Assembly (NCBI RefSeq): GCF_001194135.2
Contig: NC_068982.1
Span: 182,901,550-182,953,113, forward strand
Length of the DNA: 51,564 bases
Origin: Octopus bimaculoides
Taxonomy: Eukaryota
Reading direction: 5' to 3'
A model generated the notes under the pieces. It was given only the letters and a program-made list of their open reading frames with translations. It ran no database searches and had not been told where the DNA came from. Position numbers and translations under genes: made by a program. Below are positions 28,201 through 41,559 of the stretch, piece by piece. The number at the start of each line of letters is the position of its first letter. The stretch's first letter is position 1.

Positions 28201-29305
28201 CAGTTCTGAAATTGTGTACATAGCTCCAGTCTGTAGTTTTACAATATAAATCCACTCTATAGTTCTGTTTAATAATTTTTACCTATAGTCATATTCTATA
28301 GTTACACCTACCTTCTAATTTTACTCTATTGTTTTATTCTGTATGTCTACTTTACACACCTACTCTATTAAATTATTATGTTGTTCTATAGTGTACTTCT
28401 ACTTAATAGTTTTTGCCTTATAATGCCAATGTAGAGTTCTACAATATTTCTCAAATCATAGTTTTATATTTATTCTCCTTACACTTCTATGCCATAATTC
28501 TACTCTGTAGGTGTACTTTAAATGGCTTAAGTCATTTCTCAGATAGAAAAAGTAACTGTCAATTTTAGCGACATTTTCATCATACAGAGCCACATTCAAC
28601 ACAGGTTTTAATTTAGAAGGGGACCATCTCTAACAATGGCTCAGTATTAAAGTTAAACTTATATTAGAATTTTTTTTTAACGCTCTGTACCTCATGTCAG
28701 AAATAATATTGAGGAGAATCAATATATATGAGCGACAATATCTCATCTTAATAAAATCCACCGATAAAAATTTTAAACTTCACAATATTCACAATATATA
28801 AACTACATGCAAAAATAACAATTACTTTTATTACTATGGAAATTTCGTCATAAATTCTCGTATTACAAATGTAAAGTAGACAATTCGAAATAATGAAATG
28901 AATAAAAATATAACAGACAAGAAAATATATGTCACGCTCAGCTAGAGCAGCCAAATGAGTAGAATGACTCAAAATCTGAAGATATGTTCAAGCACTTAAT
29001 AGAAGCGTGAGTCCTTCCACAGCGGTGATCAGTCACTCATCAGATGCACGCATCGTAATATGCATGCATGAATATACACATCTGTGCATTTGTGTGTGAA
29101 TGCGCGCGCGCGTGTTTGTGTGTATGTTTGTGCGCGTGTGTGAGTTTGTGTATGTCTATTGTCTATTGTCCTGGGAAATAGAAGTCATTTTTACTATAAA
29201 ACGTAACAAAATCGCTCTGAACTTCAATCACCAGATTGTTTGAATGGTTCCCTGTGTTGAACTTTTCCTTACACACACCCATACATAAATATGTATGTGT
29301 GTTTG

Positions 29306-29457
29306 NNNNNNNNNNNNNNNNNNNNNNNNNNNNNNNNNNNNNNNNNNNNNNNNNNNNNNNNNNNNNNNNNNNNNNNNNNNNNNNNNNNNNNNNNNNNNNN
29401 NNNNNNNNNNNNNNNNNNNNNNNNNNNNNNNNNNNNNNNNNNNNNNNNNNNNNNNNN
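29306..29457. other. Assembly gap
   Basis: N run. Confidence 0.99.
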
Positions 29458-29959
29458 ATATATATATATATATATATATATACGTATATATATATATATG
29501 TAAACAAAACCTAACGACATTAGTGGTAAACTCTGTCCGTTTGGTATTGTTTGTAGTTAATAGAAAAAGTAAGAAAAGAAATAGTTATGTATGCTGTAGG
29601 AATTGGAGTGTCTGACGCTTGAGTTCTTCAAGGTTGATGTAAAAGAAGATAAAAAAATATGAAGGCAGAATTATTTTAAACCCTTTATATTAGGGTGACT
29701 GCTACCAACTAAAATAACGCAAGTGTGTATGCTAAAGAAAAATAGTCGAAAGGAGAAACTTAGTGGGAGAGAAGAAATTAAAGGGGAAAAATGGAGACGG
29801 AGAAACTGGATGAAAGTGAGAGTTAGAGAAAATCAGAGCCAGAAAAGAGCTAAAGTAAAAAATGCATTAAGATCTCTAAGAGTAGTAAATGCTCATTGAA
29901 GCTCATCGGTGCCATAATCCCAAGCTTTAGTATCATAAGTTGTTCGTTACGCCTCCTCG

Positions 29960-30122
29960 AGCACAGAAACGTTAGCACGCCTGTCTTTACGTTTTGAGTT
30001 CAAATTGCCTTTCGTCCTTTCGGAGTCGATAAATTAAGTACCAGTTGCGTACTGGGGTCGATCTAATCGACTGGCCTCCCCTCCCCCTAAATGTCGGGCC
30101 TAGTGCCTAGAGTAGAAAAGAA
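29960..30122 (+). mobile_element. SINE family 2, internally deleted copy
   Basis: CAGAAACGTTAGCACGCC...GAGTTCAAAT...GTCGATAAATTAAGTACCAGTTGCGTACTGGGGTCGATCTAATCGACTGG...AGTAGAAAAGAA. Confidence 0.8.
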
Positions 30123-33100
30123 ATTCCGGACAATAAGTATGTAAAAGTGTGGTCCACTGTGCTAAAGGGGATTGGTGACTTGTTCCAGTATACGTAATAC
30201 AATACTAAGAAATGCGTTTGCAAAAGCAATCTGTGTTTGTAAATTTGCATAAGTAATTTTGTATGATGTGCTATTCTGATTTACATCCAGTGATAATTGT
30301 AGTGTGATTATTGTAGCGATAGGTGCTGCATCTACGATGGACGCATTTTATAATGTCCAGTTGTTTGTGACTGAAAACTACCGAGCTCCTAGAAGGTTGT
30401 AGTGAAGTGATTTTTAAATAGGGATTTTGCTGGAAACAGCTGATTATCTGGTGGAAGAGTAGGATTTGGTGATGGTAGATGAATGAAGAAAGAGTACGCC
30501 TGTGTAGACTATTAGTGGGTGGATAATAGCTTTATTATGATTGCTATGTTTGTTGTTATTTTATGTAGAAACAACACCATGACATATTATTCGGACTCAA
30601 ATGTGCGTTTTATCTCAGATTTGTAGTGTTTTCAGAACAGTTGGTCATGAATACAGGGCTTATACTGTCATTTGTGAAGACTTTCACTCATTAACATTGT
30701 TTTCTTATATAAAAGTATGATGTATTTAGTAAGAGAAGTTTTTTTTAAACGGATTAATTGGAAACCGAATTATTCCTTTTCTTTTTACTGACCCGGGATA
30801 GTAAAAGTTAACCAATTAGCATAAATTCTTTGGCTGAGTCTCTAGCATCCGTATGAATATATTCTTTTGTACCCACTCTTTCTTGTAACATTGATATCTC
30901 AGAAATACAAAGCTTGAGTTACAAGATAACGAGAAATTATTCATGTCTTTCTTAACTATGCTACCAACGTAATTGAAATGAATTAGTTACGACCAGTACT
31001 TGAAATATGATATCATACACGGCTTGCTACTCAGTGTACCACCTCCGTATAGCAGTTGTCACTACAATAATTAATTATCCAGAAAGCATAAAATTGATTC
31101 GAAAACCTTTAGCTTCATTAAATCTCTCAAATATTAAACAAAAAAGAATAAACTGTCTGCGCCATATTTCATGTTCCGTAAAATGTGGCAAACATTGTGT
31201 AGTTGAACGTTGAACAGTTAAGGTGCTTTATATTGGCGGATAAGATCAAAAGAAATAAAATTTTGCCCCAAAATACAATGGAAATATTCTGATTAAATTT
31301 GCGAGAAATTTAATTAGAAATTTATTATAATTGATTTTTGGAAAAGACTGACATTAGCAAAGAATTATCCGATATACAGAAAGAAACGTATAGTCAAAAT
31401 CAACCAACATATTTCATTTGTTTGCAAAGAGAAAATCCACTGTTAAAAGGAATAGAGTAATAAAGGAAACTTAATAAATAAAACCTGCAATATTCTTGAA
31501 CATAGTTTTGTGAGAAAATAATTTTATTTATGAATGTACATAGAAATGAATTAATTGGAATGAATTTCAACAGAAAATGTCAAAATATCTTTAAAGCTAA
31601 GTGTAAAAAATATATATTTCAGTAGTTGCATCATGGAGTCAGCAGCTGCTTTCAGAAGTGGAGAATCTATTGCATATAAAAATTGAATAAATATTTTACC
31701 ATCTCTATTTAGATATTAAAATCTGTTTTATTTAATTTTTATGAAGCAATGAAATATAGTTCGAATAAAGAATCATAACGACATAGATAAAATGCCCATT
31801 ATACTCCAGCGACATTGTGGCAACGTCAGAAATTAAATTTGATTGCTGAAAGAAAGTTTTTAAGTGATATGTGAGTGTGCCTGTGTTTGTATGTGTACGA
31901 ATGTGTGTGGGGGGGTGCAAGAAAGATATGAAATTTTATTCAATACGTCCTGAGGCATACTTGCTGTATTTTGTACGTACCAGAATAAATTTAAAAGCTA
32001 AAGAAGGGAAATGTATTGGTTCGACAGCAATCTATGACTGCTACATCGTTCATCAATTCTAGGTGGATTAAAACCTATGATATATTTCAACTTTATCATA
32101 GAAGTAGAGTTTTAATAAGACTAATAGATAAGCATTTACCAGAAGGCCATAAGTATGAAAGACATTTTAACATAGTTTTTTTTTAAGTCAGCAGCAGTTG
32201 TGGTTCTAACATGTGGAACATAATATCAAATAGACCGACAAAACAGACTACAATACAAATTTTATGAAAGTAAGTACTCAATACTTTCGATTGGGTGGAT
32301 TAACACATTCAAAGCTATGTGTAAGTCGTTATTTGGCGCTTCTTGTAACTGATTTTCATGTGAATGAACCTGGCGTCATTGAATCTTTCTTATATAGAGA
32401 TCGATTAGATCAGATCGAGTCACACAAACCAACTTGGTGATAATTAGTGATATTATATAGGGGCATACAATAATGCGTAAACAAGAATAAAAATCTATAG
32501 AAAATAATCTAATAAAATTTTTAAAATAATCCATAGAACAGCGTTACTGAATAAAGAGATCCACACAAAAGTTTTTTATTAAAATTCGGATACAGAATTC
32601 TAAGGAATATTCTATTTAAAAAAAAATCTTTAGAAGTGTGAGCAAATGAGATGTTGAGTGGGGAAATTCATGAAGAATACAGCATGAAATAGTTTTTATG
32701 TGTGCTTTTCACTTGAGTTAGGTCATCTCTAGGTCATCGCCAGGGCTGTAATGTATGTGTCCAAATTTTACTGGTATGTACGCTGTATCCCGCAAATATG
32801 AGCAATCGCTCACACATGCACGCACACACACACGCACACACACACACACACATACATACGTACATACATACATATTTACAAACACAAACAACTCTCTTAA
32901 CTCAAAAGGTCTTGTCGTTTTTTTAGCAACCAGCTTGAACTCTCTCAAGAAGTTAAATTATATTCAATGAAAAATCATATACACATATGTATGTATGTAT
33001 CTCTGTATGCATGTATGTATAAATAAAAAAAATCTGGCATGTTGTCTGTTACAACGAAAAGGATTCTAGTTGACCTGACCAATAGAACAGTCTGCTCGAA

Positions 33101-33263
33101 AAAATTAATAATGCTAGTGACTGAGAACTCCACAGTTGGAAAAAGTGATAGTACCTGTATTTCAAAGAGCCATTCCGTTACATTCTGTGTCACGTTGAAT
33201 CTCCTTGAGCACAACGATAACGTTGTGTACGTATGTACAGATATATACATGAATATACATATA

Positions 33264-34130
33264 CAGAGTGCGATGGCTAAATTGTCTCCATTTTATACTT
33301 TTTAATTTTGCGCATGTGCATTGTTTGTTTTTGATTTTGTCGACTACACGGTATAGTAGAATCAGTTGGGCACCGTCTGTGAGAAAAATAGCACCATGAC
33401 ACAGTTCACTCTGCCAGAAATTTGGAAACGACATGCTTTACTACTTGGCATTCGCACAGAAGCTCCAATACGAATATTTCTGAGTGTTTGCCGTGTCCCC
33501 AAAACATTTACCGAGAGTGATAAAAATCAAACATCCAGTCAACATCACGGTGTTTGGAGTGATCACTAATAATGGTGACATTATGCTTCCGTTCATTTTC
33601 CCACACGGCCTTAGACTTAACGCGGAGGCCTACATCAAGTACCTGGAAGAGGTAGTGCTGACCTGGATCAAGAAGGTGGCTACCGGAAGACCCTATATCT
33701 GGCAACAGGTCTCTGCATTATGCCACACAAGTAGGAGAAGCCAATCATGGGAGTCAGACAGTTTCTGCCACATCACCCCTAACATCTGGCCACCTAACTC
33801 CCCAAACTGCAACCCTCTTGGTTATTATGTGTGGGGTGAATTGAGCGAGGGACCAACAAAACTCCTAACACCAAAGATGACGTGAAAGCAAGGATTATAG
33901 CAGCATTCACCAACTTTTAAACAAGGAAACCGTCCAGAAGAGTTCCAGGAGATTCCAAAGTTGGCTGGAGGTTATGGTTGAAGCCAATGGCGATTTTATT
34001 GTATAGATTTACTCTTTAATATTTCAAGATATATTTTATGCAATTTCGGTAAATATAACTGTTAAAATGAGATGCCAGTGTTATTTTCATTTTTGCGTAA
34101 TTTAGACGACAGTTTAGTCACCGCATCCTG
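33264..34130 (+). mobile_element. Internally deleted DD37D (maT-like) Tc1/mariner element with TIRs
   Basis: Left end TA-CAGAGTGCGATGGCTAAATTGTCTCC matches the reverse complement of the right end (CAGGATGCGGTGACTAAACTGTCGTC). ORF 33484-33885 contains YIWQQVSALCHTSRRSQSW...HITPNIWPPNSPNCNPLGYYVWG. Confidence 0.85.
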
Positions 34131-34726
34131 CATACTGTTATTGCATCTACACTTTTAAAACACAATAGCGTAAAGTAACATAGATGCATGAGTGTATATT
34201 ACGCATATATACTCATGAATATATAGCAATATATCACTGTATAAATGAGCATTTAAATATGGGTGTATAAAATTTCATGAACATACATATATGAACGCTG
34301 CAAAACACCCATACAGAAATGCGCTCGGGTTTAAACTTCCATGTGTATGTATGTATTTATGTATGTATGTATGTATGTATGTATGTATGCATGCATGTAT
34401 GTGTGTGTGTGTACATCTGTGTGTACTTGATTACAAGTGACATTTATGTTTATATAAGTGTATTTATCCTCACTTCAATACGAGTTTCTGGCTAGCTGAC
34501 AAATATACACTCACGGTTCAAAATTAGCGCTAAAGATTTGGCAGATGTTCAGGAGAATGTCTCTTGGAAAGATAAAGATAACTGATTAAAACAGAAGGAT
34601 GATCTTAAAAGTTTTGTGAAAATTAACGTTCAGACGTAAATGTGTGATGAGAAATTTGACCGGGACTGCATGTATATACTCATGCACCTATGCACGTAGA
34701 TCGATCAATTGATTGATCAATCGATC

Positions 34727-34760
<34 letters not shown>

Positions 34761-34769
34761 CAGACAGAC

Positions 34770-34869
34770 NNNNNNNNNNNNNNNNNNNNNNNNNNNNNNN
34801 NNNNNNNNNNNNNNNNNNNNNNNNNNNNNNNNNNNNNNNNNNNNNNNNNNNNNNNNNNNNNNNNNNNNN
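34770..34869. other. Assembly gap inside (TAGA)n
   Basis: N run. Confidence 0.99.
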
Positions 34870-34912
<43 letters not shown>

Positions 34913-35747
34913 TTTGTGCTACAGAACTTAATTATTTTAAATCTTTGTATGTCAAACAAACACAAATGTTTTCTGTGTGGTCCTTTCCTTTTATATATGT
35001 TTATGTTGATGTTTTCATGGATTTTATCTTAGCTAACTTATTTCCTTCATGTCTTTTTGGAATGTTCTATTGTTGATATGGTATGTCAGTCAACAGAAAC
35101 AGTAGAGCGACGATGTCGAATGGGTTAACTTCAAATTCTGTTTAGATTAATTTCACATTCTTTCTGTCCAGAGTCGATCGTATAAATAACAGTAACATAG
35201 AAGAACAAAACCAAATCTTTCTTTGTTTAAATATTTGTTTTGGAAGATTCTTGATGTGAAATCGTCTGTTGAAACAGATATTGTTGAAACAGAAATTGAG
35301 AAAACTTTTGATCAAAAATCAAACAAATTGAACCACATCGGTTGATTATTTTTTAATACAAAAACGTGACATAATATCTTTTACGGCCGTTTCTGCAAAC
35401 AGTGTTAGTCGGTGCTTACGAAAGAAATTTCGAAAATAACATTCGTCATCTTCATAGCAGATTCGATCTAGTACATGGATCGTCATCAGAGTGACTACAA
35501 AAGCGTAAAATAAAATTAACGAAGGGAAAAGGAATTAGGGAAGAACAGGGCATCGGGAAGAGGCCAGAAGGCTCAATATATTAAAATTATGCCATCTTGC
35601 AGCGTGGAACTTGAAGTCGATAGGCAAAAGAGTGAACTAGCAGTGGCATAGGGAAATATTTACGGGTTATTTCTATATAAAGAGGGAACCAGGATGTTTG
35701 AACAGTAGTGAAATGAAGTCAGTACTAAAATAAGATATGTATGTATG

Positions 35748-35926
35748 TTTGACAATCGATGTTAGTGTGCTTACGTCCCCGTAAAGTAGCGGTTCACCAA
35801 TAGAGTCCGATAGAATAAATACTGGTGCTTACAAAGAATAAGTCCTGGTGTCGATTTGTTCGACTAAAGGCGGTGCTCCAGATGGCCGCAGTCAAATGCC
35901 TGAAACAAGTAAAAGAAGAAAAGAAT
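35748..35926 (+). mobile_element. SINE family 1, 3' module only
   Basis: GCTTACAAAGAATAAGTCCTGG...GGCGGTGCTCCAG.TGGCCGCAGTCAAATG.CTGAAACAAGTAAAAGA. Confidence 0.85.
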
Positions 35927-36208
35927 ACATAAACACACGCACTATACTTCAACTTCATTATTGTTCTTATTTTCGTACCTTCTGTCTGAAATCTTTCGTT
36001 ACGCATCCTGTGACCTCTTCAGCGACTCTCCATCTCACGTGTCACCACAATCAAATATATTTTTACGTTTTAAAACTGAGTCCCTATTTGTATGAGTGAT
36101 CCATTTTGAAATTCTTCCATGGTAATCTTATTCCGTTGCAAGGTTCAACACTTGTGATAATAATTGCTGTTATTATTACTGCTCGCAGTTATTTCTATCA
36201 TCTTGTCA

Positions 36209-36301
36209 GCCAGTCGAAAACGAAACTCACCAGCCAGTCGAAAATGAGGCTCGCCGGCCGGTCAAAAACGAGGTTCGCCAGCCAGTCGAAAGCGAGGCTT
36301 T
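36209..36301 (+). repeat. 24-bp minisatellite, about 3.9 copies (GCCAGTCGAAAACGAGGCTCGCCA consensus)
   Basis: Units start at 36209, 36233, 36257 and 36281. Confidence 0.9.
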
Positions 36302-37559
36302 GGAACGATATTTAAACATAGCTGACTTCTGGTCAGAAGGATTCACGGCTGAAACAACTAATGACGGATACTATACCCTCGTTCTTAGAAGAGTAAAATC
36401 TATTTACTGCCAATCATTTCCAGTCATCTGTATTCAACAATCTCACCAGTTCGATAACCAGAATTACGACTCATTTGAGTTTTAATTACTTCAGTGTCGT
36501 CCACTTTGTTACTAGTTCTTCCCGAGGTGAGGATAACTTCGTTTCTTCCTTTCACTAGTGCAATAGGAATAGAAAACGGACCATCGCTTCCTTTCCTCGT
36601 TTCCGCCTTTCACTTACTCATTAAGCAGCCTTTCCTTCTTTCACTTATCCATTAAACAAAAAATATCCGACAAGAAACATAAAATAAAGTAGTCCCTCTA
36701 AGACAAAATGGCAAATCATGGTTTGAACACCTTGAAGGATAGGTCTACTTCATCAGGGCTGACCTGGGCTTAAACAGCAACTCGTAGTGTATTTCTGTGA
36801 GTTTATTGTCAGTTACTAACCAATGAGTTAGCCTTCTATGAAACCACTCGATCTGCTAGGAAATAACGGCCAAATGTCACTCAAAGCACACCTTTCTTTT
36901 TAAAACAGTGATGGATACATTAATACAGTTCTGGGATTATCTGAACTGGGCACTACTTTGACCGTAGGTTAACTCAATCATAGCCGACTTGTAGCTAAAC
37001 AACAACAAAGACAGTTCATATGTTACTTCATTTTGTATATCATAATGAACTAAGAAATATATTATATTGCTTAGGTCCTGAGGAAGGGATATGCCCGTGG
37101 CTTTTGCAGGTCCTCAGAGGTCGGCAAACTTAGTGTGGGTGACGCTCCATTGAGACAGCTCAAGTTGATGTCTGCGGGGATCATTGCGAAGATTAATGAG
37201 AGTGACAGTATAGGCTATGAAATGAGATAGGAATGAGTGGAAATTATTGAGTGCAAGTGACACGAAACCAATCAAATCTGAGGAGTATGGATCACATTAG
37301 TAGTGGCAGAGAATGCAGAGGGAGGAGACAGCATGGATATGGATCAAAGAATGAAGTGTCCTAATGAATGATTTCGTGCCAATAACTTGGGTGGTTTTTA
37401 TTTAGATGTCTGTATTTATGCAGCGCCGTCTAGCATGAAAGAGTAGAGCTTTATTGTCAATATCGTCTGGTCTTTGTGGAGGGTTAGTAGTTACTGATAG
37501 GGGAACACTGTCGTGGTTTTTTTTGTTTTTGTTTTTTTTTTGGGGGGGGGTGCAACTCT

Positions 37560-38147
37560 GAACAAGACCGGTCTTTGTGAAACATCCTTATCAATGTTGA
37601 AGCCATATTTTCGCCAGGAACGATCGTTAGAGATAGTGTGAGCTGCCGTTTGAAGTGATTTTGAAGATTCTAATTGTCCTCTTTTAGAGACGACTGCAAT
37701 AATGTTGTCTTAATATAAATAGTGTTTAAGTCTACCTTTGAAGGATACGAGATTAGAATGAGTTCAGTGGAAGATATTTTCGAGTTCTTATCAATGAATG
37801 AGTGCAGATTTGGCATTAGGGTATAAGTTTTACGTGGTTGTCAATTGTATAAGAAATATTAAAGAGGAATGAAAGTTTTTATCGTCTAATAAACGTTGGT
37901 GTAGTTGGGAGAGATGTATTGGAGAAGAGTGATTCAGAGAACAGCGAACTACATAGTCGGTAGAGTATTGGTCAAAGAGATCTCCATTATCACACGCTGT
38001 AATGGTAAGTGAGATTTGATAGGAAAGCCATCCAAGCAAGAGATGAGAGACAGATCGAGCCTATAAGGCCAGTGGTTTTGCTGGTAGGTTTGCGTGTCAG
38101 TTTTGCTGATGTCGATAACAACAATGCTTTCAGAAAATCTATCGTAA

Positions 38148-38215
<68 letters not shown>

Positions 38216-38290
38216 AGAACAGCTGTCCATATGTCACTGTTGTAGCTTTCTATCTCACCGGTCAATTCTGTTTAATATTTCTGTACAATT
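37560..38290 (-). mobile_element. Highly decayed Penelope-like reverse transcriptase fragment, split by (TAG)n at ~38150-38213
   Basis: Weak minus-strand similarity to PLE RT motifs in the expected order: QQ*HMDSCS (AMGS), HWPYRLD (W.RYVDD), QISLTITACDNGDLF (IQFTxExE.DG.L.FLD), then a thumb-like NFHSS...NLYPN...ELENIF. Pattern recognition only. Confidence 0.45.
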
Positions 38291-38776
38291 AGCAATGATC
38301 AAAAACTAGAGAGAAACGCAAACGATACTCAGCCAGTTTAATGGTCCTCTCATAAAATCTCAGACCATTTGCTGTCTACACAATACACAATACACACCAT
38401 CTACATTCCTTATATTCTGTCTACTGTATACAATATAACACACGTTACTTTACTCTTTGAAGTCAGACGACTCTCTCAAGTTTATATTAACGCCAGCAAT
38501 TCAAAGTCTGCGTCCGTACGTACATCGTACACACACACACACACTCTCTCTCACACACTCTCTCACTCATACACACACATTTACACTTGTATGCACTCAC
38601 ACATACATCCGATCTTGCGCATAAACACATTTCCAGCCACACATGAATACGTGCACATACATACGAACCTATGATTAAGGTGTAATATGTGGAATTATGA
38701 AAGTGATTAATACTCACTTGTGAGGCTATTATATAAATATATGTATATATGTACGAGCTTACATATATAGGTATAG

Positions 38777-38826
<50 letters not shown>

Positions 38827-38934
38827 NNNNNNNNNNNNNNNNNNNNNNNNNNNNNNNNNNNNNNNNNNNNNNNNNNNNNNNNNNNNNNNNNNNNNNNNNN
38901 NNNNNNNNNNNNNNNNNNNNNNNNNNNNNNNNNN
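38827..38934. other. Assembly gap inside (GT)n
   Basis: N run. Confidence 0.99.
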
Positions 38935-39056
38935 GTGTGTGTTGTAGATGTATAGATGGATGCTACTTTCTTTTTTAATTATTTGAACACTAGCTATAGA
39001 AAAGAGCTGCTTTCTGACAGACAAACAAAGCTTCACATACATTGACTGACCGTTGA

Positions 39057-39225
39057 TGTGTGAGGACTGTGAGGTAAGAGGCTTGCTTCCTGACCATACA
39101 GTTCCGGGTTCAGTCCCACAGCGTGGTACCGTGAGCAAGTGTTTTCTACTGGTGACTCCGACTGAACAAAGCCTTGTGAGCTGATTTGGTTGATGTGAAC
39201 TGAAATAAGCTTGTTGTATCTATAC
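39057..39225 (+). mobile_element. SINE family 1, 5' half
   Basis: CTGTGAGGTAAGAGGCTTGCTTCC...GTTCCGGGTTCAGTCCCAC.GCGTGG...AAAGCCTTGTGAG. Confidence 0.75.
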
Positions 39226-39672
39226 ATGTGTGTGTGTGTGTGTGTGTGTAGCTGAATTGATGTTACTTTTTTCGAATCATTTGACGTCGTTTTCTAACAG
39301 AGAAGTAAAGTTCCATCGTTGAAATTCAGTGAACATCGAGTATTCCACCAACAGATTGTGTTCCTAAAATACGTGTTAGCATTATCGATGCGCCTAACTT
39401 TGCCGAGATCGACAACGAAAAATATGCGAATACAATAACATAATGCTCCAATGGCTATGGGTACAATTGTGATGATGATGATAATGATGAAGATGAAGAT
39501 GATGATGATGATTATGATGGGGGGTTCTAATTCAGGTACAAGCCCTGAAAGTTTGAGGGGAGGGATTCGTCGATATCATCGACTCTAGTACTTGATTTGC
39601 ACTTTATCGTCCTGAGATGGATAAATGGTAGAACGAACCTATAATAATAATAATTCAATACACATGCATACA

Positions 39673-39709
<37 letters not shown>

Positions 39710-39801
39710 GGGAGAATTTACGAAAAAAACAACAACAGACGAGGACAGGTGGTGTAAACAACAAAAGGATGTATTAGTTTAACGCTCGGTAATAGAGAAA
39801 G

Positions 39802-39838
39802 TCTTTAACGTTTCGAGCTACGCTCTTCAACAGAAAGA
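39802..39838 (-). ncRNA. Minimal type I hammerhead ribozyme-like motif, family B (variant core)
   Basis: Minus strand reads UCUUU-CUGUUGA-A-GAGC(GUA)GCUC-GAAAC-GUU-AAAGA. Stem I is UCUUU/AAAGA, stem II is GAGC/GCUC and stem III is the palindrome ACGU. Core position 6 is U instead of the canonical A. Confidence 0.65.
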
Positions 39839-41559
39839 AATAAGGAGAAAAACAAGGAGACTATCGCAGGTGTTACGTTTCAATCCGCAATAGGTAGAAA
39901 TCGGTGAAGTAGAAACAGTACGGTACAGCATATATTATATAATTTGTTTATGTTTATTTTATTATAAATGCAAAACACCAGGGCGGAATTGACGTAAGCT
40001 TAAAGGATAAACTGTGATAGGTGAACTGCGATATGGCAAGAGCTTACTGTATATGTACATAAAGATTATCAACACATACTTAACGTATATGCTTTGTGAA
40101 TTTGCAGGTAGGCTGCTATTGCGGTTGTGGGTGATAAAGCGCCGGGTGATAAAGCGCCGGGTGATAAAGCTCCTTGGAGCAATGGACAGGCGAGATAACT
40201 CACCTCCAATCCCATCTAGGAAATACACAAAGCATATACGTTAAGTGTATGTGGTTGGTAATGTTTATTACGTTTGTGTTGCTTCTATTTCATATTTGAA
40301 TTTATTCTTACGTATGCATTGTCCGGGCATAACTGCACGTTGTTTTGCGCGCTATGAGCATATAAATTATGGACTGGTGAAATGATTTACCTCCAGTCCT
40401 GATCGGGTACGTGATGTTGACAAGCCCCAAAATGGTGAAACATCAATGTCCATCACATCTACTTGAATGGGCCTCGATACGCCGAGACTTGAGCTAAAAA
40501 TGACCCAACAGATCTTTTTTGGTGGTGCTGCTAACTTAAGTATGGTCTGGGCCAACTTTTGGCTGAAACGTATCTAAGTTTATCTAAGTCAAGTTATAAA
40601 TGCATTCATACGCGCGCGCGCACACACATTCAGAACAATGGCGTCTCTATCTATCCACAAGTTTCCGACGGACCAATCACTTCTGACGGTAAAATCAATA
40701 TGAAATGTCTTTGCCGGTTACTTGCACTGTCAAACTACATCCGTTACCGTTAAACACATCGTCATACTTTTCATATGCAGAGTAAATAATTCTCACTAAA
40801 CATTAGTTAAAGTTTTTATTTGCACATTAAATACAACGCATTTCATCAGCAATGAAAAACGGAATTGAAATACCAAAGAAAAATTATGAATATCAGGTTT
40901 ACTCAATATGTACACGCTCAAAAAATGAACAGATCCAAGTTATTTTTAAACATAGAATCACAAAATAAAATGCAGCTTCAAGATAACACTGCTTAAATTG
41001 AAGGAAGAAAAGAAACATTCTAAAAAGACAAATTACGAGCAATGCCTCTTAAATAAAGCAGTGCTTTACGATTTTGTTATGCATTGACGATGCGCTGAAT
41101 CCTCGCTACCCGATGTATTTTCTTTTTACGAAGTGGAATTTCTGCACCGTCGATATAATGTTCGATTATTGCTTCGTTTCGTGATTATACCTTTTTCTTT
41201 TTTTTTTTTTCTTCAAGATTTTTATCAATTTCCAGATGATGGAATGGAGTTTTTTGGCTTTGAATTTCTTTGTCATTGTTCATAAAATGCGACATATTTA
41301 CACTGCGAACAGAACATTTAAACAATGTTTAGCGATGTATGTACTCTTCGGATAAAAAGTATAATGAAGAATTTGCTGACAATGTATTGGATCGTGATGA
41401 AATTATAGGCAATATATGTTCTTGGAACCTGGCGCGATTTTTATGCGTAAAAGATAGATAGATTGATAAATAGATATATGCGTATACATATATATACACT
41501 CGTATATATGTGTATATACACTGGTATATATACATATATACATATGTGCTTACATACAT

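Noticed and set aside
36209-36301. CRISPR-like array
   Set aside because: Units are head-to-tail with no spacers, in a eukaryotic context with no cas genes.
37072-37122. CTGAGGA core-like motif with a GGG/CCC hairpin
   Set aside because: Not followed by GAAA and has no stem I or III; only a short CTGAGGA/TCCTCAG inverted repeat.
40535-40580. GCCA-loop-TGGC followed by GAAACGTA, hammerhead-like
   Set aside because: The upstream CUGANGA core is absent.
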